Source of the DNA: Camelus dromedarius
Lineage: Eukaryota
DNA length: 64,000 nt
NCBI RefSeq assembly: GCF_036321535.1
Contig: NC_087472.1
Coordinates: 96,908,001-96,972,000, forward strand
Direction of reading: 5' to 3'
Every line of letters starts with the position of its first letter. Positions within the stretch are counted from its first letter, which is position 1. The translations under genes were made by a program, and so were the position numbers. This document shows positions 37,380 to 51,603 of this stretch, in pieces. Under the pieces are notes generated by a model. That model was not told where the DNA came from. It did not search any database and saw nothing but the letters and a program-made list of their open reading frames with translations.

Positions 37380-38866
37380 TCTGTAGTCTACATATAAGCT
37401 CTTTGTTCTGTGTATTATAATACCTTTTCCTGGTCTGAGGTTTGCCTTTTCACTTTTTTGCTGATGTCTTTTGATGAAAAGTTGTTCCGAATTTTAATGC
37501 AGTACAACTTATTAAATGGTTATTATTTTTTATGTCTGATTTAAAACTATTACTGTCTCATACCTAGATCATAAAGGTAATTTCTTATCTTCTAGAAGAT
37601 TTATTGTTTTTTTTTAAATTTCAGGTTTAGATTAACTAGATTTCTGAATGTATTTTTGTATATTGTGTGAGAATGGAGTCACGTTTCTTATATTTTCCAT
37701 GTACATATTACTTTGACTCAACTATTTTTTGAAAATACCACCCTTTCTCCTCTGCTCTGCAGTACTACCTTTGTCACAAATCAAGTGTCTTTGTATATGT
37801 GAGAGTTTGTTTCTGGACTCTCAGTTCTGTCCCATTGTTCTAATTGTCTTTGTGCCAACACCATGATGACTTAGTTCCTATAGCTATGGAGTAAGTTGAT
37901 GTCTAATAGAGTGAGTTCTCCCACCTTCCTTTTCAAGAGTGTGTTGGTTGTTTGATTTCTGTATACTAGTTTCTGCCCTTATTTTTTTCCCTAACTCTAC
38001 TTGTTTGTTTTAATTTGGCATTCTTTTTCTAACTTCTTGAGATAGGTGCTTAGATCATTGTTTCTCAGGCTTTCTTTCTAATAGATGCATTTAATTCTAT
38101 TAATTTCCTCCTTAAGCATAGCTTTAGTTGCTTCCATGGGTTTTCATATGTTGTTTGTTTCTGAAATTATCATTCAGTTGAAAATACTTTCTGATTTTTG
38201 TCATTATTGCTTCTTTAAACCATGGGTCATTTAATTAATTACTGCTTAGTTTCTGAACATATGGAAGATTTTCTAGTTATCTTTGTTATTTATTTCTAGT
38301 TTAATTCTATTGTGATCAGAGAACATACATTGTTATTTATTTCTTGCTTAATTCTATTGTGATAAGTTTCTTAAATTTTAATTAAATCTGAATAATAAAT
38401 TTAATTAACTTAATTCTACATAGAATTAAACAATATTAGATTATTAAGATAATACCTTTTAATAGATGTTTTATATAATCATATTATTTTATCTGTGCCT
38501 ACATATTTACCTATTTGCTTGATTTTCATTACTTTTTATATCCTCTTCCAGCTAAGAGCATTTTCCTTGTGCTTGGAGATATAATAGTGAAGATCTGGTA
38601 ATGATTAATTGATTCTTCTAATATATGTCTGAAAATCTTTTTATTTTACCTTAATTTTTGAAAGTGGGATAAAATTCTGGGTAAGAGTCAGCACTTAAAA
38701 ATTTTGAATCACATTGACTTATGGCTTCTGTTATTTTTGTTGAGAAGTCAGCTCTCAGTCTTATTGCTGCTTCTGTGAAATGAACCTGTTTCTTATATCT
38801 GTCTATATTAGGATTTCCCTTTTTGTCTATGGCTTTAGCAAGTTTTCTGTGATGTGCCTAGGGTGT
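37380..38866 (-). mobile_element. Old L1M (L1ME/L1M5-like) fragments
   Basis: T-rich antisense L1 signatures (tttctggactctcagttctgtcccattg, ttgagaagtcagct). Confidence 0.65.
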
Positions 38867-39426
38867 TGTATTAGGGTTCTTCAGAGAAACACAGCCAATA
38901 AGATCAATCAATAAATCTATCTATCTGTCTATAAATTATCTTTATCATCTGTGTATATCTAACTGCCTTACATCCATATCTATAGATATCCATCCATCTT
39001 TCTTTATATATATACATACCTATCTATATCTATATCTTATATATCTATAGGTATCTGTATCCCTTCCTTCCTATCTATCTGTCTGTCAGGATTTTAAGGA
39101 TTTGGTTCATGTATTGTGGATGCTGGCAAGTCCAAAATCTTCAGGGAAGGCCAGCAGGCTGGAGACCCAGAGTTGATGTAGCTCAAGTCTGAAGGCAGTG
39201 TGAAGGGAAAGGAAAATTCCTTCTTCCTTGGAGCACCTCAGTCTTTTTTCTTAAGACTTTAAACTGATTGGACAAGGCCTAGTCATTATGGAGGGAAATC
39301 CACTTACGCAGAATATACTGATTTAAATGGTAACCACATCCCCAAAACAGCAACATCTAGACTGATGTTTGGTCAAAAACTGTATCATGGACCAGATAAG
39401 GTGACACATAAAGTTAACCATTTACA
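38867..39426 (-). mobile_element. MLT2 (ERV-L) solo LTR
   Basis: tgtattagggttcttcagagaaac..tgacacataaagttaaccatttaca, with an internal TATC-rich tract and 5-bp TSD ggtgt/ggtga. Confidence 0.85.
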
Positions 39427-40991
39427 GGTGATTTTCTTTGTATTTGTCTGCTAAGGATTATTAGTGCTTCTTGCCCCTTACTTTTTAAATATATCCCTTA
39501 TTATTATCTGCAACTATGTTACTTACTTTTTCTTTTATGTGCTGATTGATTGTCTCCCCTCAGATGAACTTACCTAAGTCACTTTGGTCATGTACATTTG
39601 AAATTATCTCTTTGGTGGATAACAGTAGCTGCTGAAGAAGTTTTTAGTGGAAGATGGTTATTCACCTGTAGCCTCACTACCATGTCATAATGAAAGCAAA
39701 TCTCAAACTAAATCCTGCTGCATATACAGATCTTAATTAAGTGTTCATTAGCAAGCAGACACAAAACAGTAATTCAGTCTATTCTTTAAACTTTTTAAAG
39801 CCTCAGCCCTCTGTCTTTTCAGATATTTTGACCTCCACCTTGTAGGCAGATATAGCAATATCTCAGAGGCAGGATTTTATTGCCTCTGGTTGCATCAGGC
39901 AGTGAGAAGTTCTCTGAATGAATAGCTGGATCCAGAATTGCTTAGAGATCAAGCATTGGGTACCATCTCTAAGTGCAAAGGCAACGGGCCTTGCTGATTT
40001 CTAATACCCCGTTCATGTAAATGTGGGCAGTTACTGAAATATTTTTATCCAGTCCATGTTTCTTGAATAGCTTTATCTTTGTCATGGAAAGCTAATTTCA
40101 AACTTCATCCTGTTAGTGAACAGTTCACTAATTTTACCAAAATCCCTCCTTTTGACATTTAGTGTGCTAATTAACAAAGCATAGGGTGTTGGTCTTAATA
40201 GGCTAAGAGAAGAACTTGTAGTAGCAGCCTTTGGAGTATAGTCTTTGTGTTACTATGCTAACTGACACTCCAGGAATATAGAATCTTAATTTAGGCACCT
40301 GATTATTTTTAAAAATGAAGTTTAACAAAACAGTATGTATTTACTGTCACACTGTATGTTGTGAAGTATTTTAAAGTGAAGTACAGTCATTGTAGCATCT
40401 CTCTTACTAGAATGGAAACTCTAGAATGAGAGTACTTTTCTTCTCATTGTAACCCTAGTACCTACAAAAGTAGTTACAGAGTAGATGCTCAAAAAGTATT
40501 TATTAACCAAATGAATCTGTAATAAGATATAATGAAAGTGAAACTCACAAAGTGAAAAAGCAATTATGCTAAAAATGGGAAATCCTGAAATTATCTGTAT
40601 TTGTGACAAAAATAAAACAGGAATCATTTAAATACAGTGTGTTTTAAGTATGAATAGTAATAGGTGAAAAATGTAGTTTCACTTTGGCAGGCTTTTAAGG
40701 TGCTTGAATATAAAATCAACTTAGCAAGATAATAGAAGAAATAGTACATAATTAATCAGCAGTTTTACTGTGACTGCCACCACCACAAGACTCACAAGAA
40801 GAAAGCCACTGAAACTGCAAACATGCAGTCATAATAATAGTCTTTGCTAATCTGAAGTTTCATTTTCACTATTGTTATTAAACTGTCATTGCATTACAGT
40901 AATAAGTAGAAATTCTCCAGATTTGCTCTAACTGCCAAAAACAGATTCTTTAGTTAAAAAAAACCACTTAACAAAATTATTATCTATAAAT

Positions 40992-41322
40992 CTAGAGCTG
41001 CACTGTCCAATCTGGGAGCTGCCAGCCACATATAGCTATTGAGTACTTGAAAAACATCTACTCTGAATTTAGATGTGCTTGAGTGTAAAATACACACTGA
41101 TTTCAAAGACTTAGTATGAAAAAAAGAATGTAAAATATCTTAATAACTTTAAATACTTGATTTTTAAAAATGATAATATTTTGGATATATTGGCTTTGAT
41201 CAAGTATATGATTAAAATTAGTTTCACCTGTTCCTTTTTTCTTTTCAAAATGTGACTACTAGAAAATTTAAAATTAGACTTCTGGTTCACATTATATTGC
41301 TACTGGCCATCACTGGTCTAGA
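40992..41322. mobile_element. MER33-like hAT-Charlie DNA transposon
   Basis: gctgcactgtccaat..gccacatatagctattgagtacttgaaa..cacattatattgctactgg..ctggtctag, about 330 bp. Confidence 0.75.
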
Positions 41323-42379
41323 TGTTAGAGTGATACACAGATTGCTGTTTATTTTAAAGACAATCAAAGTGTGAATCTGGTCCCTGGTTAATACTAGGGC
41401 AGGAAATTCTACACTTAATTCTGATATTCATTCTCGCTTCTACACTGTCTGAGTCTAGAAGTAAGTATTAGCTACCAGGTTGTTAGAAATGGCAATTTCT
41501 TATTTTTGCATTGGACACTTATGAGAGCCTGGCCTCCACTTAGTAAGCAGGGTCTGGAATGAGGCAAAGCTCTGAGGAGATATGCTTTCAGTGTTTCTCC
41601 CATGGAGAGGGACTTTACTCTTTGAGCTCCTTAAACATTGGTATATTCATGAGATTTAAAAGTCTCAAACCTTTCCAGTCACTCTCTGCCTCTTTCCACT
41701 ACTTTAATAATAAAAACTGTGAAGTAAGTTTTACAACAATGAATCAATTCACATTTCTATGATACTGGCTCACCTTTTATTTTTGCATATTGTTTTACAC
41801 ATGGATGACGTGTTACTAAATAGTTGTAGTTTTTAATGTACAAACATAATCATACTTTGTATTCTGCTATTGGAACTTAATGTTCAATAATAAATGTTTC
41901 ACCATTTTCCAACTGGTCATTATAATTGTCATTTTAAAGATTTCTTCATAATATTTCATGATGTTGCTGAATCTTAATTAAAATCCCAGTTTTGGGTTTT
42001 TTTCTCATCTAGAAAGCCTGGTTTAGCATCTTCCTCTAATTACTGAGTAGGGAAGAATGTAGGTATGTAATAAAAAATCCTGAGTCTCTGGTTGAATATG
42101 AATTAGTAACTATGAGGTCATTAGCGTCCCTCATGATTTATAAAGTCAATAGCTTGCTGGGTGTTTCCTTCTGCAATAAAAGGTATTATTTGGGAAAATC
42201 TTAATACAGTCTACTACTCATATACTGAATACCTACTGAACATTTTTATTTAACATATTAACCTGGTTAAAAGTGATCTTGCAATCCACAATATGCAAAC
42301 ATGTTCGGAGGAGAGTTTTCTATATGCTTCAGCCTTTCCAGAGATCTGAGTGGCTGTGACTCCATTTGTCTCTTGTTTT

Positions 42380-43860
42380 TCTTTTAATTGCTCTCTTCTG
42401 CTTTGTCTAATCTCTACTGCTCACTTTGCTTACTTACTTATGGTGGAACTGGCTCTAATCTCTCAAGACATTACTTTTTTGTATACTTCCCTTCTTCGTC
42501 CTTTGCTCTTTTCTCTCTACTCATGAGCTACCGGTTTTCTTTTTGTTCTGCTCATGCCCATTCCTTTGGCCAAGCACTGCATTAAGTGCAATAGTTCTTG
42601 TATTTCTTCTTTTATTCTCAGTGGGATAGGAAAATAGCTTTCTTTCAGGAAATCTATTTATTTGGAGTGAAAAGATTGATTTCATGGTAATGTTAACTTG
42701 AAGATCTGTCTTCTTCCTAATTTCTACCCTCAAACAAATCCTACATACTAACTTTCTACTGGCTACAGCTGTGAGGCTGAAATCATGGCATACACTGAAT
42801 GCTATGACCATTTTAGCTGATTCCAAAGCTGAAATTTCAAGCAGATCTTTGAAGTCTTTACTATCCTCTATGTATAGATTATGCTCCTCTGAGGGAGGAA
42901 GGGGAAAGAGGGAAGGCATTTCATGGTATTTTTAATGATCCTGGGTCCTTTTGACATGACCCCAAGCAGTCTTTGACAGTTTCATTGGTTTCTGATATGA
43001 CAAGATATTCCATGCTCACTTTGTACATTTCCTGCCCTAACATAGAATCAGTTATTTTCCAAGGGGCTCTGCTCCCTTTTAATGGGAAATGGTCTTTAGA
43101 GACCACAAATGGGACACTAGAGGAGCTCATTGCTACTAGAATGGTCATTGTGTCTAAGCTTTTCTCACTGGAGATATATCTATATATATATATGTGTACA
43201 TATATGTATATGTATATACACATGAATATATACACATGTATATATGTATTAATTTAATCTTATAATGCTTTTTATCTTAAAAATTATGCACTATGAGTTT
43301 AACTTAATACTTCAAATTTAAGTTTAGGAATACACGAGTTTTACTTATCCTTCCCTCTTCCAACACAAAAGATCTGGTTCCTAATAACTCCAACATAATT
43401 AATTATTTAGTTTTTTTCTACGAGATGGCCTTTAAATAATAATGCCGACACTACTGCCAGCAGCAGATATATGATTACTGAAAATATTGTTTTGTCTCTT
43501 TTTGGGCATAGGATATCTGTCACTAGGAGTGTATAACTAAATTAACATGGTTTAAGTTCACTTGAAAGAATTCTTCCTCGCTTTGTGATTATGCTGCAAA
43601 ATTAATACACCATTTAATTTGCCTCATTTTGCTTCTGATTTTTAGGATTGCTTTCTCATTAAAATTGTATTATTTTAATTTGAATATTTTTTCTATTCCA
43701 ATTATATTAAGTTGTTATATGGCTCCAAAATCAAACCTGTAAAACTAAGTATGGACAAAAAATTCTAACTTTAACTTTATTCCCCGCTCTTTCCATAGAG
43801 GTGAGTTTAAAATGTTTTGTTACATTTTTTTAACTTAAAAAACAACACAGTTATACCTGT
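42380..43860 (-). mobile_element. Old L1M fragments with a (TA)n-like microsatellite at ~43175-43248
   Basis: atattccatgctcactttgtacatttcctgccc..ttttccaagg..gagctcattgctact, typical of L1MC/MD/ME. Confidence 0.55.
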
Positions 43861-44489
43861 CCTCTTTAGTTTTTAAAGTTTCTCTGTGTTTCTGTCAAAA
43901 AGATGATTGAGGTTAGACCCCCTTTCACATAATACAGACAAACAAACCTTTCAAATCAACACTTAGTCCTTCCAAGCTGAATTGTACTTTGAGCAGCCTA
44001 AGTCTTCAAGGTATGTCTTGTTTCATAATTGGTATTAAAATATGTTATTTTAAGTGTCTCCTCATTTACTGCCCATAGCATCTGCTAGCTGGATGATGAT
44101 CTGGACTATATCTCGGCATAATTTCGGAAGAAAAGTTAAAGAATAGTGATAACATTTCTCAAGTTTTATGCTCTTATTTACAGTTGATCTTATTCAAGGA
44201 TCAAGATGGCTATATGATGGCTATATGCCACATGGCTGTGACTTAATCTTGATGTTTTCCCAGGACTTTTTAGCCCTGTAATTGCTTTCAACAGTGTTTT
44301 TGGAGGAAGGGATTAGCTGCAGCTCTCAGCAATAAAGGACTATGTAATTGAAAGCTTATGTAGTTCTTGTCTACCCAGCATAACAAAGGCCTAACTTAAA
44401 TAGGTTTATTTTTCTAAGAAGACGTCATTTATCATGGCAGTAATTTGAGGAGAAAAATATAGGGTTGGAAGAATAGATTTTTTTAAGTA

Positions 44490-44990
44490 ACTGTAGTACA
44501 TTGAAAATGAATGCCCCAGCTGTTAAAATCTGATGGAAAAAGGGCAAAGTCACAATCAGTAAGCATTTTTCCATTAAAAAATTTTGCATTTGTAAGAATA
44601 GCACACTGTCCATATCATAAGTGTCAAAAAGGTTCATACTTTTTGCCCCAGCAATTCTGCCTCTAAAGAAACAAAATATTTGTGTGCAAGAATGTTCATC
44701 ACAAGTTTATTTAAAATAGTTCATACTGGAAACAACTTGATTTTCTAACAACTGGAGATTACAGTTAAATGGAATTTATAGTTCATCCATACAATGTATT
44801 CAAGAAATTTTTTAAGTAGTATTTAATGCATGAGGAAATGCTTATGATAGAGCCTCAATAAAAAAGTAATACTAAGCCACCAATGTTATGTATGTATACA
44901 CACATATATTTATGTATGTATGTATGTATATATATTCTGATCCAAATTTTGTTAAAAATATATTTGTGCTTTGAAAGTATACTTAGAAGT
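44490..44990 (+). mobile_element. Old L1ME-like 3' fragment
   Basis: tttgccccagcaattctgcctct..gtgcaagaatgttcatcac..tggaaacaac. Confidence 0.6.
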
Positions 44991-46219
44991 ATCCCAAATA
45001 TGTAAGATAAATATTGCAAAACCAAAATAATGAATTTAATTGGACAATATAAAAGTAAACATAAAAGTCCTGATCATTTCCATTCACTCTGCATGGGTTG
45101 ATAGGTTGTCATACATACCTCTCAGGGTACAGAAACCCTACTTGGAAGACTGGACCCTACCTTGGTTAGTGGAATCTGAGGGCCAAGCTTAACCAGGAAA
45201 AATTCCTGTTATATTTCAGACATGGAGCAGATCTTTTCTAATTCTTTTTCTTTCTTAAATCTTTTTTTTTTTTTAGAAAGAATTGAATACTTTGCTCCCC
45301 TTTTCTCATGGTATAGAAAGTTTATTTGGTCACAATGACAGGGGAAGAACAATAAAGTGTAATTATTCATAGTCTATTCCCCCTCTGCGCCTTCTAGGTA
45401 TAAAGGATGCTTCTCTTGCCACATCTTAGCATTATTTCTTTATTTTCCCTTGTCTTACATATTTTTCAGACTTGTAGAGTGTATATATTATTGTAAGTTG
45501 TCTGAAACCACTTTTGGGATGAGTTAAGGTATAAATGAAGAAAATTAAAATGTTCATGTACCCTTCCATTTTCTCAGACACATCCCTTAGTCGTAGTTTT
45601 AAAAGAGCTCATAAATTTTTTTTAAAAAAAGCAAAATATAAATACGGGTTGGGTCAAACTCATTAAGTGACTTTACATATTCATAAATGTGTTTTTAAAG
45701 ACCAGATTGTAGCAGGTTACAGAAGAGTACAACATAATATTTGAAAAGTACTAGTAAATTTACTTAATAGATTGTTTACTGGTTCTGTAAGTCATATATA
45801 AATAAGCTTGAATTTCCAGTCCCAAAGTTATACTGGCATAAATCGGGTTTCATATGGAATATTGAAGGTATGTCCAAACAGAACCACTGTAATTCAGTAG
45901 TCTAGAATGAAGAAAATATTTTGTAAGAAATATTAATAATCCTATAAAAGCTCAATGATTTAGAAAGGAAACATGAAATATGCAAAATTTGTGAGATGGT
46001 TTATTAAGTAGAGTGCAATCATTGAAGTATGGGCCTAGTGCCGCTGAGTTCTAATCTGGGCATTTAATGCCCTGAGTTTGCTAGTAACTGTGTCTGAAGA
46101 AAAAGAGGAAAGAAAAATGGAGTAGCTTCCTTTAAAATAGCAAACAGTAAACACAGTTGAGAACATACTAAGATTATAGAGGCTTAATATTAAAACAGAT
46201 TAGGGATTTAATAGTTACT

Positions 46220-46450
46220 TTTATTTAACAAATATTTATTGAGCACCTGTTATGAGCCACCCATTCTCCTAAACTCAGAGGATATAGCAGTGAACAAAAC
46301 ACACAGTCTGTGCCCTCATGGAGGAGACATTCAACAAACAAATGAGCACCTAGGTGTTTAATACGCTGTCAAGCTGTTATAAGAGCTCTAAGCGAAATGA
46401 AAAAAAGAGTAGAGGTCAGTGGGAGCTGCTGTTGCGGGGATGGCAGTTAG
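46220..46450 (-). mobile_element. L2 3' end
   Basis: ttaacaaatatttattgagcacct..gcagtgaacaaaac..tgccctcatggag. Confidence 0.75.
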
Positions 46451-47362
46451 CAAAGGGGCTCTGTGGAGCTTTCAGTATTTTCATTGTTAATATGTTACGT
46501 TATTTCAGTGCATGTGGAAACTAAGCATGTTACATCTTCAAACATTAAATCATGATCATTCTCAATGGATTTGATTTAATATTTTGAATTGAACAGGAAT
46601 CCCAGTATGTTGGAAATTTCTTCCTCTTCATACCTGTCTTGATCCTTTTACCATCTGCTCTCTGGAATCTTCTAGAAGACTGCTAGGTTCTCTCTCTGTT
46701 TATCATCTTCCTGCAAGCCATCCTGTATATCAGATTACACCTGAGTGGAACCCTGATTGAAAGAAGGGTTATATGGGCACCCAGAGCGACAGCACTATCT
46801 TGACTGCAGTATGGTCTGCCTGCCCAGACAACTGCACGTAGGCTTTTGATTTTGTTACTTCCTTCAGCAAAGCTCAGAAGTTCTCAAATTTTAGGGGGCA
46901 AAAGACTTAGTTTATGGGTAGTACACAGTATACCATTTACTATAGGCAATAAGCTAATTGTTATGGGTAATTTACAAGATTTTCAAAAGTGATTTTTACT
47001 ATATGCAATATTTGCTTTGCATGCTGAATTTAGTGACTAAATCTGAAATCACTTTCCTCTGTAGGCTTAAATATATCGTCATGGCATGAAGGGTTGAAGG
47101 TAGTAAGATGGGAGACAGGGGAATTCTGAGGAGACATGAGTATTTGATTTTGGGGGGTAGGAAATTTAGCAAATACAGAGAAGAACAAGGTAGGAAAGCA
47201 ATCAGTATTAACTTCACCACCCTAGAGATGGTTACTTTTAATATTTTGAAATATATTCACCTAGTCTTATTTATTTAACAAAAATAGGATAATAACGTGC
47301 ACGTAATTCTGCAACCTACTTGTTAATCTGTGTTGGGTTACAAACCTCGTGCTATCTCAGAC

Positions 47363-47437
47363 TTTTTTTTTCAATTGAGTTATAGTCAGTTTACAATGTT
47401 GTGTCAATTTCTGGTGTACAGCACAATTTTTCAGTCC
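47363..47437 (-). mobile_element. Very short (~75 bp) L1 3' terminus
   Basis: PolyT plus ttacaatgttgtgtcaatttctggtgtacagcacaatttttcagt, matching the young L1 3' end. TSD atctcag(a/g)ctttt at 47354 and 47438. Confidence 0.8.
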
Positions 47438-47538
47438 ATCTCAGGCTTTTTTTGACATTTCCTTCTTTCTCCCCATTTGGTTAGTGTCCCATCTGCACTG
47501 AGTCACCCCTCCACATTCAGACTAATAAGAAACATCAC

Positions 47539-48262
47539 TGTGGGATGTGGGATCTGGTTTCTTGAGCAACTGCCCAGGGGCCATTTGGTGTTACTAGGGG
47601 ATGTGCGAAATGGGAGCGGGGAATGGGAGATGAGAAGGGGGCTAGTCAGATAGATGTTTTCCTCCTTTCTTTCTCCTTTGGAGTGCCCTGAAGTACAAGT
47701 CCTTTTGGCAAAGCTTCTAGAAAAGTCCTAGGGGAGAGGGTATAGCTCAAGTGGTAGAGCGCATGCTTAGCATGCTCGAGGTCCCGGGTTCAATCCCCGG
47801 CACCTCCTCTAAAAATAAATAAACCTAACCACCACCACCCCCAAAAAAGAACTGGAATCAAACTCAAAGTGGGGAGGGTGTAGCTCAAGTGGTAGAGAAT
47901 ATGCTTATCATGCACAAAGTCCTGGGTTCAATCCCCAGTACCTCCTCTAAAAAAAATTAAATAAATAGACCTAATTACCTCTCCCCCACCAAAAAAAAAA
48001 TTTATTTAGAAAAGTCCTGTGTGCTGAGTGAACGCATTTGCTGAGTGTACTACTGTGTCTCTTCCTGGTTCTTTATGAAACAGTAATCATGCTAAGTAAT
48101 GTGGCACATTGCATATTTTGCATCTGTCCTTACTTTGCTCCTTACCTTACCTTTATTACCCTTTTTCTCCTCACCCTCACTGCCCTAAGTTTGCGCCTGC
48201 CAAATAAAGTTTAATATCTTAATCAGTTTCTGATTTCTACATGAGCTGGGGTATGGTGGCAC
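47539..48262 (+). mobile_element. Old ERV-L-type LTR (LTR33/LTR16-like) hosting the SINE dimer
   Basis: Starts tgtggga, has ccaaataaag near its 3' end, and ends ..ggca. Confidence 0.5.
47731..48006 (+). mobile_element. Tandem dimer of vic-1-type SINEs
   Basis: Two tRNA-Ala-like heads (47731 and 47871) inside one 12-bp TSD tagaaaagtcct (47718-47729 and 48007-48018). Confidence 0.9.
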
Positions 48263-48752
48263 AAGCTTAACTACTTATTGTGCAGATTTTCTTATATCAT
48301 GAAATAATTTTTGGCGTCTCATAAATTATTTTTATTGTGTATTGTTACTTTAATAATAAAGTAATTTATGGTGAAACGTACAGATTTAAGTTCAATGAAT
48401 ATGCAGTCAAATATATACATGTGTGACATCCCAGTCAAATATGGAGTATTTCTGTTATGCAAGAAAGTTCCTTTTGTTCCATCATTACATATTATTCACT
48501 AATATCCTGGCTATAATTGTCCAGTGCTCCCTTGTTGAGAACTCAGTGCTGAAACTGAGGTTTCAGAATTGTAGGGGAAAGAACAGTGAACTATGAATAG
48601 TGAAACATAGGTTGAAGTCCAGTTGTCATTAACAAAATTAGCTAGGGTGACCTTGAAAGAGTCATTAAAATGTTCGGATCTGCTTCATTATATGTCAAAT
48701 GAAAAGAGCAAATTAAATATTGTTCCTTCAATTTTAACATTCCATGCTTCAG

Positions 48753-48796
48753 CTGTACTTTGGGAAACGTTTTTTCTTCTTTACATCATGAGCATG
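48753..48796 (+). other. Candidate 44-nt exon
   Basis: ttttaac branch-like site, ttccatgcttcag acceptor and ATG|GTTAGT donor in apparently non-repetitive sequence; host gene not recognised. Confidence 0.3.
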
Positions 48797-50789
48797 GTTA
48801 GTTGCATGCTGCTGCTTTTTTTGATTTTCACGTTCTATTATCAGAAATCAATATTACATATAACAGTCATTGCAAGCAATTTTCTAAGAAAATTCTCAAT
48901 AGCTCTTTCTCACCAAGAAAATTAAAACTACTTTTGAGATTCATAGGCTTTCAAAATGTTGGAAACTTTATTTTTGGTACCAAATATAACGCTTTACATA
49001 AACCATCAGACATTAAGTAAAGTTTGGACCCTGCATAATTTCTAAGGGGTTCTTAAGAGTCAAATTTTACCACTGCCAAGTGCAAGGAGAAGATTTCCAG
49101 GTGTGTGTTTAGAAAGTCAGTTCATGGAAGGCAAAGGAACTCAAGTTCTAGTTATGTCTCTTTTTCTCTTTTTAATCGTGTGATCCTAAGACTATTTGTA
49201 GGGGATGAGGTTTGTTCTATTGCCTTTGTAGTTGGTTGCTTCTTAAAGCAACCCCTTTGCACCAGAGGTCACCATCAAGAGCCAATTCATTTACGTTATT
49301 AGAAATAGTGACATGTTTTATGTTCTACCCAGACTTTAGGTGACTTCTGGTGTGGCCTTCTTTGAGAAGTTTGAGGTGATTTCTTTCACACTCACCTCCC
49401 TTGATATCTCAATGAAACAAGAGCAAAATGTCATCTAATCAATGAAAGTCTCCCTTGGGCCACAGCAAAATGAAGTGCCACTTTGTCTCTTCTCAGACTT
49501 TCCTTTCAGGTTCTAACTAGTGAGGTGAGGGTTCACTTGGGGATTAAGTACATACTGAATGGTTATGTTTCCCTTTGATGAGTAAGATAGAGGTCTCTCA
49601 GGACTGTAAGAATAGGTTTTGTGCAGGGCTATTATTACATAGAGGTGTGTGCTTGTGTATTGCACTAAGGTGTTCAAGAGGAGGTACCATGTGGTCTGGA
49701 GGTGACTCTGGTTTGTTGAAATTCTTTTCTGAAGCACATTCATAATTCTCTGATGAGACTTTATACACATATGTGCGTGTGCACACACACACACTTCATT
49801 TTATTTATAGCTAAGTTATAAAAACAACCATCTCATTTTCCACTCAGTTTTTTAAATGAAATTACTAGGATGGAACAGTTGGAACTTGGCAGCAGTTTCA
49901 TATTTGCTTGGATTGTCTCATGTAAATTGATTGGAGTCTTGTTCATGTTCTCTCAAGAATAAATTATTGGCCATTTAAGTACATAGTTTAGGATTTAATA
50001 TAGATAGGGCATTTCTACTATAATTTGGTTTGGAATGATTCATACTAGTTGAAAATTTAAAAATAATGTTCACTTGTGAATACCTAATTCGTCACTTTTT
50101 TAAGGGTTCCCAGAGAGTCGTAGGCATTCATGAGATTTATTATTAGCTGTTTCTTCTGTTCATGACTAGGATTCTGAACTACTTTTGAATTAAGGGAGAA
50201 ACACTGGGATGCATAATCTCCAATAGTTTGATCTTGAGAAAATGATAATAGCAATTACTTACATAAACTTCCATAGGAGAACAGAACAGAAAATGAGTAC
50301 TTTTAACCTACACTGTAAAAAAAAAATCCAGTTTCTCATTGTTTTATTAGTGCTGTTTGCACTTGATTTTTAAAAATTCATTGATAGTCTTAGGAAGAAG
50401 ATCAACATTAACCCCTTTTTTGGTAACTATTTTAGTTTATGAAATTTTCTTGATTTCTGTGTAATCATTGTTGTTGTCCTTATATGTTCTTTAGGTGTTT
50501 TTTTCAGTACATGGATGGATTTGCACTGTTCTAGTTATACTTTAAAATCCTAGCCCATTTTCAGGATAATGGCCCAAATTGAGTGGGAGGTATTTGACCA
50601 CAACCTAGAGGAAATTAACCGTACCACAACTTTCATAAGGCATGACCTTGGCCTCTCCTATCTCAGCAACAAGAAATATTCTCTTTTCCTTTGTCACACA
50701 AAGTGATTAGAAAGGGAAAGAAGGGAAGTGAATTGCTCTGATAAATTGTGTTGTTGTTCTCAAATACTAGCTCCCTTACTAATGAGACG

Positions 50790-51163
50790 TTTATATGACT
50801 CTGCTTGTCGCCATTTGAGTTGCTGTGCCACCTTGAAGGCGGAGTTTATAGTACCACTCCATCGACTTTGGGCTTGGGCATTGATGTAATTTAGCCAGTG
50901 GAATGTGAGTGAACATGATGTATCCAACATCTGAGCATCACAAACTTCCATCATTCTTTTGCTTGTTCGCTCTACCATTAAAATGAGTATGTCCCAAGTA
51001 GGGGTGTCTCCTTCAGTCTGGACCCCAGAATGAAGTCACATATGGAATTGCAGCAGCATACATACAAGTGCCAACATATGATATAAGCAAGAAATAAATG
51101 CCTGTTGTGCAGTCTTGAGATTTTTGAGATTGCCTGTTTTACAGCAGAGCTGATATTAATACA
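50790..51163 (+). mobile_element. MLT1-type MaLR LTR
   Basis: tttagccagtggaatgtgagtgaa..aagcaagaaataaatgcctgttg..ttacagcagagctgatattaataca. Confidence 0.7.
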
Positions 51164-51281
51164 CTTGCTTTCTCAAGGTGTGAAGGTGGTCCTTGGGATA
51201 CTCTAAGGTAGGAAGTAGAAATCTTATATGCATATTTTGCTGTGTGGCTTCAAAACCTTAAGAGACCTGAGATATTATTTA

Positions 51282-51603
51282 CACTGGTGACTTTCAAACT
51301 TTTTGAACACAACCTACAGTTTAAAAAAATAATTTTACATTATAACCCCATACACTTAAACATATATGTTCATGTATGTGTGTATAGACATAGTATATAT
51401 GGAAACAATATACATTATATAGATATATAAATAGCTATATACATGGAAATAAATTTTAAGAAATAATTCTTACTCTTACGTGTACTCTAGTATTTCCTAT
51501 TCTGTTCTGGTTTATTTCTTAAAACGCTGCTTCTGATATGCTAAATCAGTTTTACAGTTCACTAATGGGTCTTAATCTACAGCTCAAAAAATGACTGATT
51601 TAG
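51282..51603. mobile_element. hAT MER-like DNA transposon (MER115/119-like)
   Basis: cactggtgactttcaaactttttgaacacaacctacagt..ctaatgggtc..cagctcaaaaaatgactg. Confidence 0.45.

Noticed and set aside
47731..47806. Apparent tRNA-Ala(AGC) gene (similar heads at 706, 9570-9642, 11580-11654, 47871)
   Set aside because: Each is followed by a SINE body and A tail, with TSDs where visible and no T-run terminator. These are tRNA-derived SINEs, not tRNA genes.
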